The notes under the pieces are model-generated. The model was given only the letters and a program-made list of their open reading frames with translations, had not been told where the DNA came from and searched no databases. A program made the position numbers and the translations under genes. Source: a bacterium (GTDB taxonomy: Bacteria; SZUA-182; DTGQ01; JAFGSM01). Taken from it: 64,000 nt of DNA. The DNA is taken from positions 11,656 to 75,655 of the forward strand of contig JBLIRN010000012.1 in NCBI GenBank assembly GCA_049472315.1, given 5' to 3'. Each line of letters starts with the position of its first letter. The first letter of the stretch is position 1. Below are positions 9,923 through 17,686 of the stretch, in pieces.

Positions 9923-10501
9923 TCAGATGGGCGGCAGGCCCCAAATCTGCGACGGAGTCAACAGATTGAGGAAGTCCGCCCCTGTTATCCCATAGTTGAG
10001 GGCATAGTTGACATTGGCAGTGGGAATAATCCACTCGAGTTCGGTCGTTGATGTGGGCAGCAGGAGCGAATAGGTTGTGAGAAGGGAGATAGGGGCAGGT
10101 GCACCGGTTATAGGATCCTGGAGATATGCCGGCGGGAATGGGTTCATGCCGTAAATCTTGTCGAAAAACGCCATTCCGCCTCCGAATGCGAGAGGGATAT
10201 TATAGAGTGCCCAGATGTACCCCGAGGCATTCGAAGGGGAGGGGTCCCATACCACCATCGGCTGAACGGGGAGTATGGTATTCCTGGTGAGCGCAGGGAG
10301 CAGAGGGGTGGGTATACCTGCCGCATTCGGCGGTGACAGGACCGGGGACCAGAGGGGCCACAGCAGATTATAGGGGGGTATGGCAGCCCAGTTCTGGGCC
10401 CCCACCGTGGGGGTCATGAGCAGACCCAAGGCGGCCACGATAATACACATGACCAGTACGATAGAGGGAATAACGGGCAAGCATTTTCTCCTTTTATACA
10501 T
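9923..10501 (-). CDS. Secreted Pro-rich protein, paralog P5 (subtype C)
   Basis: Signal VGA|QNW; PPYNLLWPLWSP; YALNYGITGADFLNLL; AAGGAGGT RBS. Confidence 0.9.
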   Translation of the reverse strand: MYKRRKCLPVIPSIVLVMCIIVAALGLLMTPTVGAQNWAAIPPYNLLWPLWSPVLSPPNAAGIPTPLLPALTRNTILPVQPMVVWDPSPSNASGYIWALYNIPLAFGGGMAFFDKIYGMNPFPPAYLQDPITGAPAPISLLTTYSLLLPTSTTELEWIIPTANVNYALNYGITGADFLNLLTPSQIWGLPPI

Positions 10502-10593
10502 ACGTAGACCTCCTTTTATGCCGAAAACATATCAACCATCGGCTCTCGGCAGCACAGGTCGGCTTTCATACGCATACACCATTTCCCCACGTG

Positions 10594-11163
10594 CTAAAAC
10601 ACCGCAGGAGGCAATGCGGAAAAGGGCGTATATCCCCAGATGTCTGCACTCGTTAAAAACGGTGTTGACGGCAATCCATATTGAGCGATGTACGTGAGAT
10701 TGGCCAAGGGTATAAAGTATTCAAATCCCTTCAAGGCAACGGGCAGATAGACGGACCAACCCAGAGGAAGTGCTATGGGATTTGGAGTACCGGTGACGGA
10801 ATCGAGCAAATAGGATGGGGGAAACGGATTGAGGCCATAGGTTATGTCAAAAAAAAGCATGCCGCCTCCAAGGGCCAAAGGGGTATTATAGAGGGCCCAC
10901 GGCAATGACCTGTATGGATCCTTAACCAGACCCGGCTGAACCGGTAATAGTGTATTACTTGTCAGGGAACTGATAAGAGGGGTCGCAAGCCCGGTGGCAG
11001 GATCAACGGGAGAAAGCGCCGGAGACCATAGCGGCCACATGAGATTGTAAGGCGGCAGTGCGGCCCAATACTGCGCATGCATGAGATCCGGCACGATCAT
11101 GCCTGCTATAACCAGTATGAGGAAGGCACATAGCAGGATTACCTTTTTCCTTTCTTTGTACAT
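10594..11163 (-). CDS. Secreted Pro-rich protein, paralog P4 (subtype A)
   Basis: Signal MHA|QYW; PPYNLMWPLWSP; ends DIWGYTPFSALPPAVF; GAGGTGA RBS. Confidence 0.9.
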   Translation of the reverse strand: MYKERKKVILLCAFLILVIAGMIVPDLMHAQYWAALPPYNLMWPLWSPALSPVDPATGLATPLISSLTSNTLLPVQPGLVKDPYRSLPWALYNTPLALGGGMLFFDITYGLNPFPPSYLLDSVTGTPNPIALPLGWSVYLPVALKGFEYFIPLANLTYIAQYGLPSTPFLTSADIWGYTPFSALPPAVF

Positions 11164-11340
11164 AACTCACCTCATGCTATTGACTATGATGATTCATATC
11201 ATAGGATTATGTTCTTCTAAAAATCAGTCGACACGTTCATGATTCACCACTATACTACATAGATTCACACCCCCTTCGTGGAATGATTTGTTTATCTCCC
11301 ATTCGTAACCATCTATCCTTTTGAACTAAAGGGAAATCGC

Positions 11341-11913
11341 TTAAATCGCCGGAAAACCCCATAATTGTGCTGTAGTCAACAGATTGAGGTATTCCGGCCC
11401 TGTCAAGCCATACGTAAGTGCATATATCGCATTGGCAAGCGGAATAAAGAATGCCTCGCCCCCGCCTTGCGCACCCGTTACAGGCAAGAGGCCGTATGTG
11501 ACGGTAAAGGTAATCGGATTGGGGACGCCGGCAACGGAATCATAGAGATTCGGCGGAGGCCAGGAATTGAGTCCATACAGCCGATCAAAGTAGAGTAATC
11601 CTGAGCCGAAGGCGACGGGTGTATTGTAGAGGGCCCAGATGCTGGTGGTAGGATCCCATGCTATACACGGCTGAACCGGAAGTATGGTGTTCCTGGTAAG
11701 TTCGGTGACAATGGGTGTTGTGCCGCGGAGCACAAGGGGATCCCAATTGAAATCGGTAACCAGGGGTGGTGACCACAGCGGCCAGAGGACATTGTATGGC
11801 GGCATAAGTGCCCAGTTCTGGGCGCGTGCTGCCGGACTCATGAGCGATCCGAGGATGCTCAAGGCCATAAGGGTAAAAAGCAGAAGAAAGAAACCTTTCC
11901 TTTTTCTAATCAT
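11341..11913 (-). CDS. Secreted Pro-rich protein, paralog P3 (subtype C)
   Basis: Signal ARA|QNW; PPYNVLWPLWSP; YALTYGLTGPEYLNLL; AAGGAGG RBS. Confidence 0.9.
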   Translation of the reverse strand: MIRKRKGFFLLLFTLMALSILGSLMSPAARAQNWALMPPYNVLWPLWSPPLVTDFNWDPLVLRGTTPIVTELTRNTILPVQPCIAWDPTTSIWALYNTPVAFGSGLLYFDRLYGLNSWPPPNLYDSVAGVPNPITFTVTYGLLPVTGAQGGGEAFFIPLANAIYALTYGLTGPEYLNLLTTAQLWGFPAI

Positions 11914-12016
11914 GAGCGAATCTCCTCCTTTGAAGCATACCTAATATAAGGATCTTGTATGAGCTTATGAGAACCCAATCTTTCGCTCAAAATCATTCCA
12001 TCCGGAAAAAGCCTCC

Positions 12017-12589
12017 TTATATCGGGGGAAGTCCCCACAAATCCCCGTACGTCAGCAATGAGGAAGGGCTAACGCCGAGGGAGTTGCCGTAAGCAAGCAG
12101 GTACGACAGATTTGCCAGATCGACCAGGTACTGGTATTCAACCGATATCCTCCAGGTGAACACGGGATATGTGCTCCACCCTGCCGGCAAGGCCAGAGGA
12201 ACGGGCGCCCCGGTGACGGAATCGAGCAGAGAGGACGGCGGCCAGGGATTCAGCCCATACCACAGGTCGAAAAATTGCACGCCCACGGGTGAGTTATAAA
12301 ACATATACGGAAATACATCACCCATCGGCGACACAATGGGGGTAAGGGGATTAAGACCGAGGGCGGGTTGCACAGGGAGTATCGTACTACGGGAAAGCTC
12401 GGTGATCAGAGGGGTGGGCACCCCCGTAATCGGATCAGGTGGAGAAAGCACGGGAGACCACAGCGGCCAGAGTATATTATACGGGGGTAATGCCGCCCAG
12501 GTTTGTGCGGAAGCCACTGGGGTGATGAGCAGGCAGCCTGCAATCGCAATGGCCACTATAACGATCAAGAACTTTATTTTCCTAATCAT
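12017..12589 (-). CDS. Secreted Pro-rich protein, paralog P2 (subtype B)
   Basis: Signal ASA|QTW; PPYNILWPLWSP; YNSPVG; YGNSLGVSPSSLLT; AAGGAGG RBS. Confidence 0.9.
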   Translation of the reverse strand: MIRKIKFLIVIVAIAIAGCLLITPVASAQTWAALPPYNILWPLWSPVLSPPDPITGVPTPLITELSRSTILPVQPALGLNPLTPIVSPMGDVFPYMFYNSPVGVQFFDLWYGLNPWPPSSLLDSVTGAPVPLALPAGWSTYPVFTWRISVEYQYLVDLANLSYLLAYGNSLGVSPSSLLTYGDLWGLPPI

Positions 12590-12608
12590 AGAACTCATCC
12601 CTCCTTTA

Positions 12609-13187
12609 CTAAAAAACGCTTGGCGGTAAAAGGGCAAGCGGCGTCAGTCCCCAGATATCTACAGCAGTCAACAGGCTGGTTAGAGGCACTCCGTATATAT
12701 TCGAATAATATGTATTGGCCAAGGGCAGATACCACTGCAGGTTCTTTAGATCGGTCGGCAACAGGAGCGACCATCCGAGGGGCAGGGCAATGGGGTTCGG
12801 AACACCGGTTGCGGGATCTACCAAATAGCTGGGAGGCCATTGATTCAAGCCATAAAAGACATCATAGAATAACAACTGATTCCCAAGCGCGGCCGGCGTA
12901 TTGTAGAGCAGCCAGGGGATTCCGGCACCACTCGGTTGAACAGGGTCCCATGCCATAACGGGCTGGATCGGGAGGATGGTATTCCTGGTGATCGCGTTTA
13001 CCAGGGGTGTGGCAAGACCGGTCACCGGATCAACGGGAGACAGGATGTCCGACCAGAGCGGCCAGAGGACATTGTAAGGGGGGAGGGCTGCCCAGTACTG
13101 GGCATGGACAAGGGAAAATCCCATCCCTATGACGATGAAGATAATAAGGGCACATAACACAATCGAATCATGTCTTCCTTTGTACAT
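12609..13187 (-). CDS. Secreted Pro-rich protein, paralog P1 (subtype A)
   Basis: Signal VHA|QYW; PPYNVLWPLWS; ends DIWGLTPLALLPPSVF; GAGGTGA RBS. Confidence 0.9.
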   Translation of the reverse strand: MYKGRHDSIVLCALIIFIVIGMGFSLVHAQYWAALPPYNVLWPLWSDILSPVDPVTGLATPLVNAITRNTILPIQPVMAWDPVQPSGAGIPWLLYNTPAALGNQLLFYDVFYGLNQWPPSYLVDPATGVPNPIALPLGWSLLLPTDLKNLQWYLPLANTYYSNIYGVPLTSLLTAVDIWGLTPLALLPPSVF

Positions 13188-13736
13188 AATTCACCTCTCA
13201 TAACTACCCCATTATCGTTATGTGGATCGAAACCTGATCGTTTAACCAAAAACGACCATCGTGCGCACACTTACATCAATACACCCCTTTCTACAAAGAA
13301 ATCTGAATGAACTGGAAGGAAAAACATGGACAAGCCAATGCGTCGAATAGATCTCACCTCCTCACAAAAAGGATCTGAGGATATGCGTTATCCTCTATAC
13401 TTTGGACGTATCTATACATTCACACGTGCAGGTTTGACATGGCATACAAAGGAGCAGATACGAATTTTTACAGATCCCTCTATTACGGGAGCCCGCAATA
13501 AAAGATCACGCGCGATACATAAGGATTAAAGAAAGGACTGGATGCTGGCTGGAAATTGGAGGACGGAATGTGCGCAAGCGGTCAGATTATGCAAATGTTT
13601 TTCCGCACAGGAAAAGGACATTGAAACGCCTGCAAGACGATTGGACAATCAACAGGATTTATTTGAAAAAAAATCAAGGCCCCTTTTTTTGAATAGGCAT
13701 CAACCCCTTAGTAAAGAGATAAATAATTATATCCAA

Positions 13737-13765
13737 ATTCTAATTCAATTATGTTCAAAAGTCAA
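13737..13765 (-). promoter_or_regulatory. Putative sigma70 promoter for the paralog array
   Basis: TTGACT-N17-TAGAAT on the minus strand. Confidence 0.5.
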
Positions 13766-13945
13766 TAGTAATTATTTGTATTAATAAGTTATTGTAGTCT
13801 AATTTTTTTGAAATATTTTTATGTTTGATATTATTTAGAAGATATAAATAAAGCCATGATAAGAATATTCTGATAGTTTAATCAATCAATCTGGCACCAC
13901 TATTCATTAACTCTTTGTAATCTCTATTTTTTTCTTGCCAGGGAA

Positions 13946-13974
13946 TTGACTCCTTCCCCCGGGTGTTTTACAAT
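13946..13974 (+). promoter_or_regulatory. Putative sigma70 promoter for the GT2 operon
   Basis: TTGACT-N17-TACAAT. Confidence 0.55.
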
Positions 13975-14019
13975 GGCATAACTATTTCATCGTTTGGTTT
14001 TCTGAAATGCTGAGGCATC

Positions 14020-14955
14020 ATGGATAAACAACCGAAGGTCAGTTGCATCATCCCGACATACAACCGCGCATCATGTCTCTCCCAGGCCATCGATTCGGTG
14101 CTGGCCCAGGATTATGAAGACCTCGATCTGCTCGTTGTCGATGATGGCTCCACCGACCATACCTCCTCCATCCTGGAGGGATACGGACAAAGGATCCATG
14201 CCTTTCACCAGTCCCACAAGGGGGTCAGTTCGGCAAGAAATCTGGGGCTTGAGAAGTCAAAAGGCGAATACATCGCCTATCTCGATTCCGATGATGTGTG
14301 GTTGCCACGGAAGATATCCATCCAGGCCCGGTTCCTTGACCGGAATCCCGACTATCCCCTCTGCTACACCGAGGAGATCTGGTATCGAAACGGCATACGG
14401 GTCAATCCGGGAAAGAGACATCGAAAATATTCCGGCCGTATTTTCACCCAGTGTCTTCCCCTGTGTATCATCAGTCCCTCATCAGCCATGATGCGCAAAA
14501 AGATCCTGGAAGAGGCAAGCGGATTTGACGAAGACCTGCCTGCGGCGGAGGACTATGCCCTCTGGCTTCGGATCACCGCCTGCCATCCGGTATACCTTGT
14601 TCCCATGCCACTGATCGTGAAAAGGGGTGGGCATCCGGACCAGCTCTCCCGTTCGGTCGCCCACATTGATCGTTACAGAATACAGGCACTTACAAAGATA
14701 CTCACCAGGGGAAAACCTACTTCGGCGCTATGGCACCAGGCATGGAGAGAGCTCCGTGCAAAATGCCGAATCTACGGCGAAGGCTGCCATAGGCATGGCC
14801 GCCGAGATGAGGCGGCCTTCATCCTCGGCCTGCCCGAGACAATCCTCAAACGCTCAGGGCAGCAAAGGGATTGCTCGGCGGCGCCTCCCTCTCAACCCGA
14901 CCATACCGAGGGTATCACACAACCCGCAGACTGCCCTGCAATGATGGTTTCCTGA
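14020..14955 (+). CDS. Glycosyltransferase family 2
   Basis: VSCIIPTYNR, VVDDGSTD, YLDSDD, EDY motifs. Confidence 0.92.
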   Translation: MDKQPKVSCIIPTYNRASCLSQAIDSVLAQDYEDLDLLVVDDGSTDHTSSILEGYGQRIHAFHQSHKGVSSARNLGLEKSKGEYIAYLDSDDVWLPRKISIQARFLDRNPDYPLCYTEEIWYRNGIRVNPGKRHRKYSGRIFTQCLPLCIISPSSAMMRKKILEEASGFDEDLPAAEDYALWLRITACHPVYLVPMPLIVKRGGHPDQLSRSVAHIDRYRIQALTKILTRGKPTSALWHQAWRELRAKCRIYGEGCHRHGRRDEAAFILGLPETILKRSGQQRDCSAAPPSQPDHTEGITQPADCPAMMVS

Positions 14956-14977
14956 TGCCCGATAGAGAGGAAATCGT

Positions 14978-15967
14978 ATGACCGGAAACAGTGCCGATAA
15001 ATCGGTGCGCTGCACCCTCGAATCCCTTGATATATCGCGGATCGATGTGAACAACAGGGAGTTCGGCCTTCATTTCTTCCGGCATCCTTCCCCCTCGCTC
15101 GTTGAGTCCGTAAAACAGTTCGGCATTATCTACCCCCCTCTCGTGCGCGCCGCTGGCAGTGGCTTCCAGGTCCTGGACGGATTTCTGCGCGTCGAGGCCG
15201 CCCGATTGTGCAACACGAAGGTGATCCAGTGCAGCGTGTGCGATGAACACCTCGATCATCAGCACCTTGCCCGTTTTCTCCTGTCCATCGCCCTTTCGAG
15301 GGGCCTGCCCCACATACTGGATAGGGCGGTCATCGTACAGAAAATGACCGCGATCCTCCCTCAGGATCGCGTGGTCAGGGACATTCTCCCCCTCCTCGGC
15401 CTGCAGCCGAACACGAAGGTACTCCAACGGCTCGTGCCCCTCTCCAGTCTGGACGAAGAAATGGGTAGGGCATTGCTCGATCAAAGGATTAATCACCACA
15501 TGGCGCTTCGCCTCATGGAACTTGAACCTGAGGTGCGATCCCGCATCACCACCCTGTTTCTTTATTTCCGGTATAGTCAGTCCAAGCAGTTCGAGATTCT
15601 GGACAATCTACTGGACATCGCGGAAAGGGAAGAGGTATCCCCCGTTCAAATCCTTGAGGAGGTAGGATGGAACGGAGAAGGCCCGGAACCGCCCGATGAA
15701 AACAGGAGTGCCGCCGGAGAGGCATTGCGCAACCAACTCAGGAATCGCCGGTACCCCACAATGGCGGGCCTGGAGAGGTCATGGAGGACGAGAATCAAAT
15801 CCCTTCGCCTGCCCCCCTCCATCTCCCTCACGCCCCCCTCTTCCTTCGAGGGGAGTACCTATCGGATCAGTTTCGCCTTCAAGACCCTGGAAGAGTACAA
15901 GGAACTACTCTCCACGCTGAAGGACATGGGTGAACAGGATGAGTGGACGCAACTGCTCCCCGGTTAG
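14978..15967 (+). CDS. ParB/Srx N-terminal domain protein
   Basis: LVESVKQFGIIYPPLV and VLDGFLRV (ParB box-like). Confidence 0.75.
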   Translation: MTGNSADKSVRCTLESLDISRIDVNNREFGLHFFRHPSPSLVESVKQFGIIYPPLVRAAGSGFQVLDGFLRVEAARLCNTKVIQCSVCDEHLDHQHLARFLLSIALSRGLPHILDRAVIVQKMTAILPQDRVVRDILPLLGLQPNTKVLQRLVPLSSLDEEMGRALLDQRINHHMALRLMELEPEVRSRITTLFLYFRYSQSKQFEILDNLLDIAEREEVSPVQILEEVGWNGEGPEPPDENRSAAGEALRNQLRNRRYPTMAGLERSWRTRIKSLRLPPSISLTPPSSFEGSTYRISFAFKTLEEYKELLSTLKDMGEQDEWTQLLPG

Positions 15968-17045
15968 GTATCCGATCAATCGGTTGATTGTCGAGCGGGG
16001 GACCGAAGGGGACAGGATCACCCGCAATGTCCTGGATGCCCTCCCCTCCCTGATCCCCGAATATATCGAATACGAACGCATCAAATCACTCGATGCGGAC
16101 CGGCACACCATCATAGTAACGCGCAATCGAGGAAAATTCCTGAAGCGCTGTCCCGGCACCAAGGAATACCTGTGCTGTCTGTATGGCTTCCTGAATGTGG
16201 GTCTCAACTGTCCCATCGACTGCACCTATTGCATACTCCAGGTGTACCTGAACACGAATGCATTGGTGGTGTTCAGCAATCATACGGACATGCTCGCCGA
16301 ACTCGGAGCGGAACTCATCGCCGAGCCTTCCCTTGTTCGGATAGGAACCGGAGAGCTGACGGACAGCCTTGCGCTCGACCCCCTGACCGGCCTCAGTCCG
16401 CTCCTGATCGACTTCTTCTCCGGGCAGAGGCAGGCATTCCTGGAATTGAAAACCAAATCCGACCATGTAGAGCACCTCCTGCATCTTGATCACAGGGGAC
16501 AGACGATCATCTCATGGTCCCTCAATCCGCAATCGGTGGCAGAAAGCGAGGAGGGACTTGCGGCACCTGTTCAGGCACGTATCACCGCAGCCAAGCGGTG
16601 CCTGGAGCATGGCTATAGGATCGGATTCCACTTCGATCCGATCATCCTGTACAAGGGATGGGAGTCCGGCTATGAATCGCTCATAGACCTTCTCTTCTCG
16701 CATATTCCTCCCCACTCCATAACATGGATCAGCATGGGATGCTTTCGTTTCATACCACCGCTTAAAGGGATCATACGCCAGCGGTTTCCTGCAAGCAGGA
16801 TCACCTATGAGGAATTCATCCCCGGCATGGACAAAAAGATGCGCTATCCGCAACCGGTGCGGATACACATCTATTCATCCCTTGCGGGTTGGATCAGAAA
16901 GAGGTCACCCGAGGCATTCATCTATCTGTGCATGGAATCCCCGGAGGTCTGGAAGGCAGCACTCGGTGAGGCGCCCGGCGACAACGAGATCCTGAAGTCG
17001 TGGCTCGATGAGCGGTGTAAAAAAGCGCCGATAATAGAAAAGTAA
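15930..17045 (+). CDS. Spore photoproduct lyase (SplB)-like radical SAM protein
   Basis: CPIDCTYC (CxxxCxxC), CPGT..YLCC, RIGTGELTDSL, ELKTKS, SWSLNP, YLCME. Confidence 0.85.
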   Translation: MNRMSGRNCSPVRYPINRLIVERGTEGDRITRNVLDALPSLIPEYIEYERIKSLDADRHTIIVTRNRGKFLKRCPGTKEYLCCLYGFLNVGLNCPIDCTYCILQVYLNTNALVVFSNHTDMLAELGAELIAEPSLVRIGTGELTDSLALDPLTGLSPLLIDFFSGQRQAFLELKTKSDHVEHLLHLDHRGQTIISWSLNPQSVAESEEGLAAPVQARITAAKRCLEHGYRIGFHFDPIILYKGWESGYESLIDLLFSHIPPHSITWISMGCFRFIPPLKGIIRQRFPASRITYEEFIPGMDKKMRYPQPVRIHIYSSLAGWIRKRSPEAFIYLCMESPEVWKAALGEAPGDNEILKSWLDERCKKAPIIEK

Positions 17046-17158
17046 CCCATATTTTCGTAATTACCCAAGCATTAATTGTTCAATAGCCTGCGCCATGAGG
17101 AAGGGGGGTATTGATCAATCACATAAACCCGCATGACCACCACGAAAGGAACGATGCA

Positions 17159-17596
17159 ATGAAAAAGGTTATCCTCATACTCATCTCCATCATGTTCGTC
17201 TGGGCATCCACGGCGTGTGCCGGCGATGCGGATGCCATCCTGGGGGAGTGGTACACGGAGGGCGAAAGGGCTGTCGTCGAAATGTACCGATGTGCGGACC
17301 GTTATTACGGGAAAATCATATGGCTCAAGGAGCCGAAAAATGCGGACGGCAGCGACAAAATGGACATCCACAATCCGGACCCATCCAAGAAGCGGTGCCC
17401 GGTGGTGGGCATTAACATCGTCAGGGATTTCGAGTATAAAGGAAAGAAGAGATGGGGTAATGGAGAGATCTATGACCCGGACAATGGAAAGAGCTATTCG
17501 TGCAAGATGACCCTTGAAGGTGATACCCTGAAGGTGCGCGGATTCATCGGGATCTCCCTGCTGGGGAGGACTACCCAGTGGACCCGCAGACTTTGA
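17159..17596 (+). CDS. DUF2147 family exported protein
   Basis: Signal peptide; ILGEWYT, IYDPDNGKSY, LKVRGFIGISLLGRT. Confidence 0.88.
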   Translation: MKKVILILISIMFVWASTACAGDADAILGEWYTEGERAVVEMYRCADRYYGKIIWLKEPKNADGSDKMDIHNPDPSKKRCPVVGINIVRDFEYKGKKRWGNGEIYDPDNGKSYSCKMTLEGDTLKVRGFIGISLLGRTTQWTRRL

Positions 17597-17686
17597 CAGG
17601 GCCGGGAATCCCGAGTCCGTTCCGAAATCCGCGTCCCTCTCATCTTCTTCGCCAATCCGGGGGAATCCGCCTCCTTCCCTGACCCC

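Noticed and set aside
6090..13187. Paralogs as type IV pilins, lipoproteins or RiPP precursors
   Set aside because: No G|FxxxE prepilin motif and no conserved lipobox Cys; conservation spans the whole mature chain rather than a leader; no recognisable RiPP maturase is adjacent
6090..13187. Diversity-generating retroelement or shufflon behind the paralog variation
   Set aside because: No reverse transcriptase or recombinase, no near-identical template/variable repeat pair, no inverted recombination sites; divergence looks old
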